DNA of 64,000 bases from Candidatus Poribacteria bacterium (GCA_965242965.1 OZ251518.1:992001-1056000); one strand, 5' to 3'; numbered from the stretch's first letter, positions 27,170 through 37,713 are shown. A program made the numbers and translations. Notes: generated from the letters alone by a model not told the origin.

Positions 27170-29113
27170 CTACTGCCGCCCTTCAACTAATGCATCAACT
27201 ACCGTCGGATCGGCGAGGGTGGAGGTGTCACCCAGGTCGGTGATGTCGCCTTCGGCGATTTTGCGGAGGATGCGCCGCATAATCTTCCCGGAACGGGTTT
27301 TCGGCAACGCTGGCGTGAACTGAATCTTGTCGGGCGTAGCGATGGGCCCGATGTGCTGACGCACCGCGAGTTTTATGCCGCTCGCCACTTCATCCGATGC
27401 AGATTCGCCTGTCATTAGGGTGACATACGCATAGATGCCTTGTCCCTTAATATCGTGCGGGTATCCGACTACCGCGGCTTCTGCCACCGCAACATGTTGT
27501 CCTACCGCGCCTTCTACTTCGGCTGTGCCGAGCCGATGCCCAGAGACGTTCAACACGTCATCAACGCGGCCCGTGATCCAGTAGTAGCCGTCCTCATCGC
27601 GCGTCACGCCGTCGCCTGTCATGTAGTAGCCGGGAAACCGCCGAAAATAGGTATCAAGAAACCGCCCGTGGTCTCCGTAAACAGTGCGCATGATACCGGG
27701 CCACGCCGTTTTGATACAGAGATACCCTGTGGCGGGATTGCCCTCTACTTCGTTGCCTGCCTCGTCCAAAATTACCGGTTCGATGCCGAAGAAGGGAAAC
27801 GTCGCAGACCCTGGTTTCAGCGGCGTTGCCGCGGGCAGGGGAGTCATCAGAATTCCGCCTGTTTCGGTTTGCCACCACGTATCAACGATGGGGCATCGCT
27901 TTTCGCCGACGGTGTTGTAATACCAGAGCCATTCCGGCTCCTTAATCGGTTCGCCTACTGTGCCGAGCAATCTGAGTGAACTTCTGTCATACTTCTCGAC
28001 GCACTCATTGCCTTCCTTCATCAAGGCGCGCAGTGCTGTGGGTGCGGTGTAGAAGATGTTAATCCGATGTTTCTCGACAACCTGCCAGAACCGTCCGAAG
28101 TCGGGATAGTTCGGCACGCCTTCAAACATGACGGTAATGGCGCGGTTTGCCAGCGGGCCGTAGATAATGTAAGAGTGCCCGGTAATCCAGCCGATATCTG
28201 CTGTGCACCAGTAAACATCGCCTTCGTGGTAGTCAAAAACCTGTTGATGCGTGTAGGCTGCATAAACGAGATAACCGCCGGTGGTGTGCAATACCCCTTT
28301 CGGTTTGCCTGTGGAGCCGGAGGTATAGAGGATGAAAAGCGGTTCTTCGGCATCCATGGGTTCAGGTGCGCATTCGGCATCGGCGGTTGCCATCGCTTGG
28401 TGCCACCAGACATCGCGCGCGGCATCAAAGTCCACCGCGTCGCCGGTGCGTTGCACGACGATAATCTTCTCAATGGAGGGACATTCGGCGACGGCCGCGT
28501 CGGCGTTCGCTTTCATCGGGATGTCACTGCGTGCTCCTCGCATGGCGGTATCCTGCGTTATCAGCATCTTGCACGCCGAGTCGTTAATCCGGTCGCGGAG
28601 GGATTCCGCCGAGAACGCGCCGAAGACGATGGAGTGGATGGCACCGATGCGCGCGCATGCCAGCATCGCAATCGCTAATTCCGGCACCATTTGGAGATAG
28701 ATGCACACCCTGTCGCCTTTGCGGATACCCTGCGTTTTTAGCACATTGGCGAACTTTTTCACCTCGGCGAGGAGTTCGCTGTAGGTGAAGTGCTTATCTT
28801 CGGTGGGAGAATTGCCTTCCCAGATAATTGCTGTGGCATCGCCGTGTCCCGCTTCAACATGCCTGTCGAGGCAGTTATAGCAGGCGTTGAGGGTGCCGCC
28901 TTCAAACCATTTGATTTCGCCGTTGACAAAATCGTAATCGCGCACGGTATCCCATTTCTGATACCATGTTACCCGTTCTGCGATGTTTGCCCAAAACGCC
29001 CCCGGGTCTTGAATGGATTCGGCATATTGCGTTTGATATGCTTCGAGACTGCTGACGTGCGCTGCACCGATGGGATACGCTGTCTCTGTCGGTGGAAAAA
29101 TGTTGTTGTTCAT
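27170..29113 (-). CDS. acs: Acetyl-CoA synthetase
   Basis: [38 protein letters not shown]. Confidence 0.97.
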   Translation of the reverse strand: MNNNIFPPTETAYPIGAAHVSSLEAYQTQYAESIQDPGAFWANIAERVTWYQKWDTVRDYDFVNGEIKWFEGGTLNACYNCLDRHVEAGHGDATAIIWEGNSPTEDKHFTYSELLAEVKKFANVLKTQGIRKGDRVCIYLQMVPELAIAMLACARIGAIHSIVFGAFSAESLRDRINDSACKMLITQDTAMRGARSDIPMKANADAAVAECPSIEKIIVVQRTGDAVDFDAARDVWWHQAMATADAECAPEPMDAEEPLFILYTSGSTGKPKGVLHTTGGYLVYAAYTHQQVFDYHEGDVYWCTADIGWITGHSYIIYGPLANRAITVMFEGVPNYPDFGRFWQVVEKHRINIFYTAPTALRALMKEGNECVEKYDRSSLRLLGTVGEPIKEPEWLWYYNTVGEKRCPIVDTWWQTETGGILMTPLPAATPLKPGSATFPFFGIEPVILDEAGNEVEGNPATGYLCIKTAWPGIMRTVYGDHGRFLDTYFRRFPGYYMTGDGVTRDEDGYYWITGRVDDVLNVSGHRLGTAEVEGAVGQHVAVAEAAVVGYPHDIKGQGIYAYVTLMTGESASDEVASGIKLAVRQHIGPIATPDKIQFTPALPKTRSGKIMRRILRKIAEGDITDLGDTSTLADPTVVDALVEGRQ

Positions 29114-29129
29114 GATTTAGTTCTCCTAT

Positions 29130-29325
29130 GTTTGCGGGGGACAGGCCCCCGCGCTATGTTTCTAACTGGGCAAGAGCAGGTGCTCTTGCCCTACTACGTT
29201 TGCGGGGGACAGGCCCCCGCGCTACGGGTTTGGAACGTTTTTGATGTTTGCGGGGGACAGGCCCCCGCGCTACGGATTCGGAACGTTTTTGACCGGGCAT
29301 CGAGACCAGGAGGTCTCTCCTACCC
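29130..29325. repeat. REP-like palindrome cluster
   Basis: Three tttgcgggggacaggcccccgcgcta copies plus a gagacc hairpin. Confidence 0.8.
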
Positions 29326-29422
29326 TCCGCGATATGTTACAAGAACGTTTTTAGATTATCATAAGATGCTAGAATTGTCAAGCAGGATGTCCTCGATAAA
29401 TGCTGTTTGCAATCGCGCTATC

Positions 29423-30154
29423 TCATCCGTAGCGCGAGACGGTAACGGCGACAACATCCATTGTCATTGCGACGAGCCAGTGGATTGCGGCACCATAAAG
29501 AAAAGAGCGCGTCTCCAAAGCAAGCACGCCGAGTAGCACACCGGCAAAGATTGAACCAATCGCCTCCGGCATGGGTTTGGAATAGTGCAGGACAGCGAAA
29601 GGAATCGTCTGGATGAGGATGGCGTAATTTCCGAATCGTCGTTCCAGTCCGAAGAGCATGAATCCGCGAAAGAAGAATTCCCACGAGAACATGTAAACGC
29701 CGTAAGCGAGTTGATAAAGCAGGAACGCCTGCCAGTTTGCATCGACAGCCTTGCAAAGCGGATATTTCTCGCGGAAAGGCGGATACACTAGCACCGCGCC
29801 AATGACGACCGGTATCATGACTAGCCACGCCGCTCCTGTCACACTCCAGCCGAGTTTCTGATTGCCCAACCGACATCCGTAATCGCGGAGCCGCGCTGGC
29901 GTTCCATATTTAGCGACGAGCGCGGGCAGGCAGAATAGCGTAAGTCCTGTAGTCAAAAACCAGTAATAGTAAGGATGACTCTCTGGGAGCGGGAGATTTT
30001 CAAAGAACGTGGCGAAGTGCATCCGGAAGACTCGTGTGCGGCTGTAAGCCCGGTGCAATGTCAAAATTAGTGCTGAAGCGAGCAGAATGAGTGTCGCCTG
30101 CCGTTCCCATCCGTGCAGATATTTTTCTCGTAATCTTTGGAGATGCAAATTCAC
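29423..30154 (-). CDS. CPBP (Abi/CAAX) intramembrane metalloprotease
   Basis: WEFFFRG, FAVLH, AAIH motifs; multiple TM segments. Confidence 0.88.
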   Translation of the reverse strand: MNLHLQRLREKYLHGWERQATLILLASALILTLHRAYSRTRVFRMHFATFFENLPLPESHPYYYWFLTTGLTLFCLPALVAKYGTPARLRDYGCRLGNQKLGWSVTGAAWLVMIPVVIGAVLVYPPFREKYPLCKAVDANWQAFLLYQLAYGVYMFSWEFFFRGFMLFGLERRFGNYAILIQTIPFAVLHYSKPMPEAIGSIFAGVLLGVLALETRSFLYGAAIHWLVAMTMDVVAVTVSRYG

Positions 30155-30226
30155 ATTTCACCTTGACATCCTGTGCATTTTCGGGTATTATATCACAATG
30201 GGCATTTTTATGAAAGGTTTGGGACG

Positions 30227-31246
30227 ATGAGCGAACTTGAAGGAATCAACCGCATTTTAATCGTCAGGCTTGCGCCGCTCGGGGAAACGGTTTTGACAAC
30301 GCCGGTTATCCGCGCGTTACGAAACCGATTTCCCGATGCCTACATCGCCTACATGGCGGCACCGACGCGAGAGGATTTGGTATCGGCGAACCCGCATCTG
30401 GACGCGGTGCTAACCTATCCGGCTTCGGTACCGAAACTGATGTATCGACTCGTTCGGGAGAGATTTCAGATGGCGGTGGTGCTGCAGCCGACGTTTCGAT
30501 TGGTGTTACACACCTTTCTCGCGAGAATTCCGTTTCGTGTGGGGTTTGAGACGAACACTGGCGGGAGGAGATTGCTCAGCGTCGCCGTGCCGAATAACAC
30601 GCATCAGCATGAGACGCGGCGTTATCTGGATGTTGTGCGCGCGCTCGGCGTTGAAGGCGAATTAGATGATGAACCCGAAGTCTTCGTGAGTGACGCGGCG
30701 CGGGGGTGGGCAAATCGGTTTCTTGAAAAACAGAAGATTGATGACGGCAGAGCAGTTATTGGGCTTAACCCGGGTGCGGCGACGACGTATCGCCGCTGGC
30801 AGAGCGAAAATTTCGCAATTGTCGGGGATAAATTGCGTCAGGTTTATGACGCGCATATCGTTATTACGGCGGGACCCCGAGAGGGGGAACTTGCGAATCA
30901 GATAGCGAATCAGATGGCGCGTCCGCCTGTTACCGTTAATAACACAACGCCGATGCAACTCGCCGCGCTGCTGCAACGGTGTCGCCTCTACATTAGCAAT
31001 GACACCGGTCCGATGCACTTAAGCACTGCGGTGAAAACGCCGACTGTTGCGCTGTTTGGTGCGTCAAACCCGTTGCAATGGGGGCCGCCGTGGGAGAAGC
31101 ATACAATTATCGCACGCGAGGGGTGTCCGTTCATGCGGACGCTCTCGCCGAAAGCGTGGGATGAACATGCCGAAATCGCACGCCAAAACCTCGCGGCGAT
31201 TACGCCGGCCGCGGTGATGGAAGAAGTGGAGAAGATGAAATGGTGA
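30227..31246 (+). CDS. Glycosyltransferase family 9 (LPS heptosyltransferase-like)
   Basis: RILIVRL..LG, LNPGA, SNDTGPMHL, TVALFG. Promoter TTGACA-N17-TATTAT at 30163-30191. Confidence 0.92.
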   Translation: MSELEGINRILIVRLAPLGETVLTTPVIRALRNRFPDAYIAYMAAPTREDLVSANPHLDAVLTYPASVPKLMYRLVRERFQMAVVLQPTFRLVLHTFLARIPFRVGFETNTGGRRLLSVAVPNNTHQHETRRYLDVVRALGVEGELDDEPEVFVSDAARGWANRFLEKQKIDDGRAVIGLNPGAATTYRRWQSENFAIVGDKLRQVYDAHIVITAGPREGELANQIANQMARPPVTVNNTTPMQLAALLQRCRLYISNDTGPMHLSTAVKTPTVALFGASNPLQWGPPWEKHTIIAREGCPFMRTLSPKAWDEHAEIARQNLAAITPAAVMEEVEKMKW

Positions 31247-32808
31247 ACGCCGAAAAAGAACGGGTTATCCTTAACGCCTTGAAAAATGTTCGCGCTCGAA
31301 TGCATCGGCAAGTCCTTTTGCAAAAGATGACAAGCGCGGTATTTTGTGGACTCCTGTTGCTGGCGATGCTGTTTGTGATGAACCGTTTCGTCCCGCTGCC
31401 TATCTTTGCGGACGAGCACGGGGGACAGGCTCCTGTGCTCCGTTACGTTGGCACGGTTGGATTTGCGCTGCTCGTCGTTTTGGGGGCAGGCGGTGTGGGT
31501 ATCTGCCTCAGTTTCAGGTGTCGAAAGGATTTACGGACGGTGGCGCGCAGCGTTGACTTGCAGATGGGGCTCAAGGAACGGTTGGGAACGGCGTATGAAT
31601 TAATAGATACGATGGCGCGGGCCAGACCTTCGCCCGGCGGGGAGGAGAGTGCCGGCGGTTTTGCGTATCTCCAAATCCGAGATGCCGCGAACGCCGTTTT
31701 GGAGTGCCAAGCCCGCCTGCACACGGCTTTTCCGTATCGCGTGCCCGGCATCCTAAAAGCGTTTCCGATACCACTGCTGTTCATCGCGCTCTCTTTTGCG
31801 GTGCCGTTGCGCTATGATGTGCCGTTGCCGCTCACTGCCGCGCAACAGAACGCAGTCAATGCCGCGGTGCAGAATCTTGAAAAGATGCAGGCGGATGCTC
31901 CAACGCTACAAGCGCAGATTCGTGAAACGGTGGACAACTTGAAAACGGCGAAGGATGTGCGCGAGGCGCAGACGCAGTTGAGTGCATTGAATGCCGCAGT
32001 GCGCAAGCAAAAGATGGAACAGAACGCTGAAATGGAGGCATCTATCGCCGATGCGACACACGCGACCCCGCGCTTTAAGGGGATGAATGCCGAACGGCTT
32101 GCGGCGGAATTGGAGGCACTTGCGGCGCAACCGGTGCTATCCGCTGAACTCCAAGCCGAACTCGCTGAACTTTTTGCGCGTTTGGCGAAAAGTTTACCAA
32201 ACACGCCGCTGGCAGAGATGCAAGGCAAAGGCGTATCAGCGGAGACTTTGCGCGACATTGCCGAAATCCTCCGAGAGGCGAAGGCATTCACGCAGCTGGC
32301 GCGATTAGAGGCGCAACTAACGGCAAGCCGAAAGGAGCTCGCGCTGGCGAGTATTGACACCGCAACCCCTTCCGGCGGTGTGGCGAATAGCGATGGCGCG
32401 CCGGGACAAGAATCGGGTGATGCCGAAGTGCAAGGCACGCTTGAAACGGCGGCAGAGACATCGCCTGCGCGTGAGGAAGGGGTGTCTAAAGATCGAGAGA
32501 ACGCGGGGGACAGGCCCCCGCGCTACGGTGACGATGCGTCGCTTCTGACAGGTGACGATGCGTCATCGTTGCAAGTGAATGGGGAGCCGTTGGTGCTCAC
32601 AACGGAGCCTTCGGCGGAGTCGCAACGCTTCTCCAGAGTCTTCACCGGTGAAGAGGTGCTAACAGGAGATAGCGACTATCCGCTTTTCAGCGATGTGGTG
32701 CTAAATGCCAAGCGGGAGTATGCGCGAGCGATTGAGAATAACCGAATTCCGATGCGGTATCAAGCGCAGATTCTGGCATATTTGGAAGCGATTGCGAATG
32801 AGAAATAA
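31240..32808 (+). CDS. Hypothetical membrane protein with helical C-terminal region
   Basis: Two to three TMs; GLKERLGTAYE; C-terminal RIPMRYQAQILAYL. Contains in-frame repeat-derived segments. Confidence 0.75.
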   Translation: MVNAEKERVILNALKNVRARMHRQVLLQKMTSAVFCGLLLLAMLFVMNRFVPLPIFADEHGGQAPVLRYVGTVGFALLVVLGAGGVGICLSFRCRKDLRTVARSVDLQMGLKERLGTAYELIDTMARARPSPGGEESAGGFAYLQIRDAANAVLECQARLHTAFPYRVPGILKAFPIPLLFIALSFAVPLRYDVPLPLTAAQQNAVNAAVQNLEKMQADAPTLQAQIRETVDNLKTAKDVREAQTQLSALNAAVRKQKMEQNAEMEASIADATHATPRFKGMNAERLAAELEALAAQPVLSAELQAELAELFARLAKSLPNTPLAEMQGKGVSAETLRDIAEILREAKAFTQLARLEAQLTASRKELALASIDTATPSGGVANSDGAPGQESGDAEVQGTLETAAETSPAREEGVSKDRENAGDRPPRYGDDASLLTGDDASSLQVNGEPLVLTTEPSAESQRFSRVFTGEEVLTGDSDYPLFSDVVLNAKREYARAIENNRIPMRYQAQILAYLEAIANEK

Positions 32809-33472
32809 CCTGATTAAAATCGTTATGACTGCCGGCATCTTTGCCTTGCTCTATTTTCTTTTGAAACATTACGGCGTGACAGATGCCATTCGCCTAGAAA
32901 ACGTGCCGAAGATTAAAACTTGGGTGGCGGGTTTTGGCGCGATAGCACCGCTGGTTTACATTGGACTTTATCTCGTATCTACCGTCTTTTTTCTCCCTGG
33001 CACGCCGGTTACCGTGCTCGCAGGAATTGCCTTCGGACCGGCGTGGGGTGTCTTTTACGCCTCGGTGGCTTCGATTATTTCTGTCTCCTGTGCGTTCCTG
33101 ATTGCCCGTTACGCGGCACGAGAACTTGTCGAGAGTTGGGTGGTAAACAATCCGCAGTTCCGCAAAATTGATGCGCAGGTTGCGCGGCAAGGCTGGCGTG
33201 TTTTGATGTTCACGCGTCTCGTGCCGCTTTTCCCGTTTAACCTGCAAAACTACGCCTACGGCTTGACGAGCATCCGCTTTTCGACTTACCTGCTTGTCTC
33301 GGCGATTTTTATGTTGCCGGGGACGACGGTGCTGGTGCAACTCGGCGGTGCGTTTGTCAGCGGTGAGGGAGAACTGGGAAAGACGATGGTTTATCTCGGC
33401 ATCGCGGGATGTCTGTTTTTGTTGCTGTCCTTGGTTCCGAAGTTTTTGCGGAAATGGCAGCGGGATTTGTGA
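32798..33472 (+). CDS. TVP38/TMEM64 (DedA/SNARE-associated) membrane protein
   Basis: FLPG, GIAFG..WG, RLVPLFPFNLQNYAYG. Confidence 0.92.
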   Translation: MRNNLIKIVMTAGIFALLYFLLKHYGVTDAIRLENVPKIKTWVAGFGAIAPLVYIGLYLVSTVFFLPGTPVTVLAGIAFGPAWGVFYASVASIISVSCAFLIARYAARELVESWVVNNPQFRKIDAQVARQGWRVLMFTRLVPLFPFNLQNYAYGLTSIRFSTYLLVSAIFMLPGTTVLVQLGGAFVSGEGELGKTMVYLGIAGCLFLLLSLVPKFLRKWQRDL

Positions 33473-33494
33473 GGGTTTTTTTATGCCGTTTTTT

Positions 33495-33660
33495 ATACCG
33501 TAGCGCGGGGGCCTGTCCCCCGCGATCGTGCTTGGCGAGCGACAGGCCCGCGCCCTACGATGATAAAAAAGACCTCTTACACCGTAGCGCGGGGGCCTGT
33601 CCCCCGCGATCTCTACGCGCGCGATAACCCCAGCGAGGGACAGGCCCTCGCCCTACGATA
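33495..33660. repeat. REP-like palindrome cluster (inverted pairs)
   Basis: Two doublets of cgtagcgcgggggcctgtcccccgcg / gcgagggacaggccctcgccctacg. Confidence 0.85.
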
Positions 33661-33684
33661 GGAAATAAAACCACAAAAAAATCC

Positions 33685-33772
33685 TTGACAAAAACGCCAA
33701 AATAAATTAACATTAAAAACATCCTGCGACATGTGATTTTAATTTGACATTCCGCAGAAAATGTGGTATACT
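33685..33772 (+). promoter_or_regulatory. Tandem sigma70 promoters
   Basis: TTGACA-N17-TAACAT (33685-33713) and TTGACA-N17-TATACT with TG (33744-33772). Confidence 0.7.
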
Positions 33773-33826
33773 ATTAATGTATCTGGTGCAAAAATCTGTC
33801 AACTCGACCTGGTTGAGGATAGAAAT

Positions 33827-34033
33827 ATGAAAATTCTAACGTGTTCTCCCGACAATTCCATAACCGCGGCACCGCCGCCGCGCCGATCACACGCGCCGCA
33901 TCCGTGCGGGGGGAGTCTTGCATCGAGACTGGAAGGTCTCTCCTACGGGGACACACCGGGACCGCGATGGCGCGCCGACGATGCTGATGCACCAGAGATA
34001 AGGATTACCCCCCCCCCCCTACACATACATTAA
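33827..34033 (+). CDS. Putative leader ORF containing a C12 tract
   Basis: GAGG SD, ATG 33827, MKILTCSPDNSITAAPPPRRS; poly-C at 34008-34019 near its end. Confidence 0.4.
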   Translation: MKILTCSPDNSITAAPPPRRSHAPHPCGGSLASRLEGLSYGDTPGPRWRADDADAPEIRITPPPLHIH

Positions 34034-34071
34034 CTGTTCCACAGTTCTCTGCAAGCGCAGACAAACCGAAC

Positions 34072-34188
34072 ACCCTCTTGGACACCGCTCCCGCAAAAGA
34101 GCCCCCAAGGGGCTATTTGTGTTGCACTGCATACCCTCTTGGACATCGCTCTCGCAAAAGAGCCTCCAAAGGGCTATTCGCGTTGCAC
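34072..34188. repeat. Two imperfect direct repeats, 61-bp period
   Basis: accctcttggacaYcgctcYcgcaaaagagccYccaaRgggctattYgYgttgcac, twice. Confidence 0.85.
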
Positions 34189-34269
34189 CAAAATGACGAT
34201 GACAGCGCGATTGCAAACCGCGCCGCCAGGGGCTGCGTCAGTCCCTGAAGTCAAAAGGAGAAATGTTTC

Positions 34270-37200
34270 ATGAAATTATTATTACGCCTCGGCAGACCGC
34301 CCTGCCTCGCGATTCACGTGTTAGTGCTGCTCGCGTGCTTTGCCTGCTGGGTGCCAAGCGCGGCAGCCCAGAACAGCCCGCCGGACCACCACGGTCGAAA
34401 TCAGACAGTGTCCGAAAATGTTAATACTGTCACTGAGTTGGAGTTTGCTGTACGGGATGTTGATGCACAAGACACAGCTAGAAGTTATGTCCTCGTCATT
34501 GGGAACAATGACGATGCTGAGGTCTTTAATATTGTTGACGCAAATACTGCCCTTGCAGAGTTGCAAGTAGCCTCCCAATTCAGGTTAGATTTTGAGAAGC
34601 CCGTAGACAAGCAGGTACCGGGAGCTACAGGTGAAGATGCCGGTGTCGCAAAAAATAACGTATACGTCTTTACCCTCACGGCGACGAGCGGCGCGGGTGC
34701 TCGGGCAATGTCCAGCTCAGCGACGTGGACGGTTACAGTCACCAATGTGGTTGAGCCACCGGGGCGTCCCAAAAGTCTGGAGGTGTTGAGGCCATGGGAT
34801 AAACCGAATCTACTGATTGTAAAATGGAAGGAAGGTGATCCTCCGGAAATCAACTACGTCATTAGCACCCCTCCCGACACAATGCACTACGTTGTTCAGT
34901 ATCGTGAAGCGGGGAGCAGCGGCTGGCCCGGCGAGAATGTCATCTACCCCACCGACAGGAAAGAGAAGAGTGCCACGATTACCGGGTTGAGCGCGGGGTC
35001 CAACTACGATGTTCGGGTGCGTGCGATAAACGACGAGGGCGAAAGTCAGTGGGGAATAAAGACGGACGCGATGACTGCAAACAACGCCGCTCCCACCTTC
35101 ACAACAGGTCCGACGACGTTTACCGTCAACGAAAACACTCCGATAACTACACCGGTGACGACTCTTGAGGCTACCGATGAGGATGAGCCCCCTACCGATG
35201 CGTATGAGCCCGATGCTGTCACTTACACCCTCGGCGACACCGCCGATAACGAGGCGTTTAAGATTGATGCAGATGCAGATACTGGTACTGGCATCCTGTA
35301 TTTCAAGAACGTGCCGGACTTTGAGAATCCAGCAGATCAGGCTGTTGAAAATATGATAGACCCGGCACGAAACAGGCCCGCGGGAGACAACGTGTATATC
35401 GTGGCTGTCACGGCGACGAGTGGTGAGGGTGAGCGGCTGTTGGAAGAAACGCAGTGGCTGACCATCACCGTCGCCGATGTGAAGGAACCGCTAGTTGAGC
35501 GGTTTACGTTGGTGCCGCCGCCTTCGGGGATATGGACACCGGGGAGTGAGATCCGCTTCGAGGTCACGTTTGACGATGATGGGGTTGACATTCCGGCGAA
35601 CTTGTCCCGGGAAAATCGTCCGTTTCTCACGTTCTATTTAGGCGAGAGGACGGCGGCGAATAGTCGGCGCGCCTATTGGCAAGAACGGCGCGATGGGAAT
35701 TCCACTATCGTCACTTTTGCTTACGAAGTGCAGGCGGCCGATTTCGCGACGGCTATCACGGTGGACGAAGAACTGGGCATCACGGTGCCGCCGGGCGTGC
35801 AGATTCGGAATGGTGCGGGTGCTGCTGCGGCGACAACACCGGTTCCTGACGCGGAGGATCCGAGGGCATCGGCGGGGCAGTCGCGGCTTGATTTCCCGAT
35901 GTCGCAGCCCGCGCGTCAGACAGGCGGGGGTGCGCAGCCGGCACCGTCGCCGGTGCTGACGCAAGATATCTTCGTCGGTGTGCCGCTACTTATTCCGGAG
36001 ACGGTTGACGAGAAGTTCGCCGCCTCATCGGTGCCGCGCACACCGCTTATCTTCAACGAATTCGGCAATGGCACAGATGCTATCAACGACTGGTTGGAAC
36101 TCCGCAACGTCACTGGTGCCGCGGTCTCTCTGAAAGACTGGGAGCTCAGTGTCGTGCAGAATGGCGAGAAGAAAGATGTCTTGCTCATCGTGTTTTCAGA
36201 TGTGAGTGTGCCGGCAAATGGCTTGCTGTTGATAACCCACAGCGCACCGGCAGATACCCGGCTCGCCGCTGGAGATGACATTGCTAGCGATGGGAAGAAC
36301 GGCGGGTTAGCGCATCTGACTCTTGTCAATTCGGGGCTCGCGTTGCCGGATGATGGGAAGTTCCTGTTGATTCTCCGGAACGCGAAGGAGAAACTCGGTA
36401 AGAATGAGGCGTTCGTCGATGTCGCCGGGGGCGGCGGCAGCGGCACTGATGCATTCATCCGCGATCGGACAGGGAACTATGATACGCATGTCTGGCCCTT
36501 GCAAGTGCTTGACGCACCCGGTGCTGACACTGAAGATGCTCTCGGTTCAGGCAAAGTCTGGCAGCGCGCGAAGGCGGACATTGTGGGTTACCACAAGGAT
36601 GCATGGATGGAAGCGGCGTTCACGGGTTTAGGGTATGACAGGCAGGTCTCCAAGTCGGCGGCGACAGCGGGCACGCCGGGGTATCCAAACGGCGCAGCGA
36701 AAGAGACAGCCGCTACACCGAAAGGGAGTGTCACTATCAGCGAAATCATGTTCGATTCGGGTGGTGGCACGCTGCCGCAATGGGTAGAGTTGTATAATCG
36801 TTCCAAAACCGAAGTATTGAATCTCAACCGTTGGAAATTGGAGATTCAGAACGTCGATTCGGAAGACCTCATCGGCCGCCCGATTGTGACGTTAACGCTA
36901 GGGGAGAAACTGCTTCAGCCGAATCAGACGGTGCTCATCGTGGCAGGGAATGCGCGTGCTTCATCAAGTTCGTATTTGCCAACTGACCGGATTTACAATC
37001 TGTTTGAGTTGCATCAGAAGAATCTGCGCGTGAAAACGCCTCGCGATACATTCCTGAGTGCCGAAGGGCTCTATCTGAAACTCACCGACAGAGAAGACGA
37101 GTTGGTAGACGAGGTAGGGAACACGGATGGAGATCGGCGTTCCGACGATGCGCCGGCGTGGGCATTGCCGCTGAGTTATGTTGAAGGTTCGCGGAGTTCG

Positions 37201-37713
37201 ATGGTGCGGCGTTATGATAACGGCGTTGCGTTGGATGGGAAGAAGCGCGCCAGTTGGGTCCTCGCCTCGCGCATCCGGGCCATTGATGGCGAACTCTACT
37301 ATGGACATGCGGAAGACTTAGGCACGCCGGGCTGGCGCGCCGGCGGCGCGTTGCCGGTGGAGTTATCTCGTTTCTCTGTGGCACGTAACGATGCAGGTGC
37401 TGTTGTCTTGGCATGGGCCACCGAATCGGAAGTCGATAACGCGGGTTTCAATCTGCGCCGCAGTGAACGCCGCGATGGCCGTTTCACGCTCATCAATTCT
37501 GCCTTAATCGCCGGTGCCGGCACGACAGGTGAACGTCAAACTTACACGTTTACTGATACGTCAGCGAAGCCGGGGGTTGAGTATTATTATCAGTTGGAGG
37601 AGGTTTCGTTTGCGGGTAAGCCGCAGCTGTTATCAATGCGTTTGTTGCGCGGGCCCGTCTCCGCGGCGAATCGGCAGTTGCGGACGTTTGGGGAAGTGAA
37701 ACGACGGGAGTAA
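34270..37713 (+). CDS. Large secreted adhesin-like protein: cadherin, Fn3, cadherin, two lamin-tail-like domains
   Basis: Signal peptide; LDFE/PDFE and NVY cadherin motifs; ITGLSAGSNYDVRVRAIN (Fn3); FNE..DWLELRN and ISEIM..QWVELYN; GALPVELS C-terminal domain. Confidence 0.88.
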   Translation: MKLLLRLGRPPCLAIHVLVLLACFACWVPSAAAQNSPPDHHGRNQTVSENVNTVTELEFAVRDVDAQDTARSYVLVIGNNDDAEVFNIVDANTALAELQVASQFRLDFEKPVDKQVPGATGEDAGVAKNNVYVFTLTATSGAGARAMSSSATWTVTVTNVVEPPGRPKSLEVLRPWDKPNLLIVKWKEGDPPEINYVISTPPDTMHYVVQYREAGSSGWPGENVIYPTDRKEKSATITGLSAGSNYDVRVRAINDEGESQWGIKTDAMTANNAAPTFTTGPTTFTVNENTPITTPVTTLEATDEDEPPTDAYEPDAVTYTLGDTADNEAFKIDADADTGTGILYFKNVPDFENPADQAVENMIDPARNRPAGDNVYIVAVTATSGEGERLLEETQWLTITVADVKEPLVERFTLVPPPSGIWTPGSEIRFEVTFDDDGVDIPANLSRENRPFLTFYLGERTAANSRRAYWQERRDGNSTIVTFAYEVQAADFATAITVDEELGITVPPGVQIRNGAGAAAATTPVPDAEDPRASAGQSRLDFPMSQPARQTGGGAQPAPSPVLTQDIFVGVPLLIPETVDEKFAASSVPRTPLIFNEFGNGTDAINDWLELRNVTGAAVSLKDWELSVVQNGEKKDVLLIVFSDVSVPANGLLLITHSAPADTRLAAGDDIASDGKNGGLAHLTLVNSGLALPDDGKFLLILRNAKEKLGKNEAFVDVAGGGGSGTDAFIRDRTGNYDTHVWPLQVLDAPGADTEDALGSGKVWQRAKADIVGYHKDAWMEAAFTGLGYDRQVSKSAATAGTPGYPNGAAKETAATPKGSVTISEIMFDSGGGTLPQWVELYNRSKTEVLNLNRWKLEIQNVDSEDLIGRPIVTLTLGEKLLQPNQTVLIVAGNARASSSSYLPTDRIYNLFELHQKNLRVKTPRDTFLSAEGLYLKLTDREDELVDEVGNTDGDRRSDDAPAWALPLSYVEGSRSSMVRRYDNGVALDGKKRASWVLASRIRAIDGELYYGHAEDLGTPGWRAGGALPVELSRFSVARNDAGAVVLAWATESEVDNAGFNLRRSERRDGRFTLINSALIAGAGTTGERQTYTFTDTSAKPGVEYYYQLEEVSFAGKPQLLSMRLLRGPVSAANRQLRTFGEVKRRE

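Noticed and set aside
34050-34200. c-di-GMP-I riboswitch
   Set aside because: GCAAA-like words are present but I could not fit the P1/P2 consensus. Kept only as an unknown repeat.
33827-34270. Poly-C frameshift fusing the leader ORF to the 1147-aa protein
   Set aside because: An in-frame TGA at 34246-34248 blocks fusion, and the large gene has its own SD and signal peptide.
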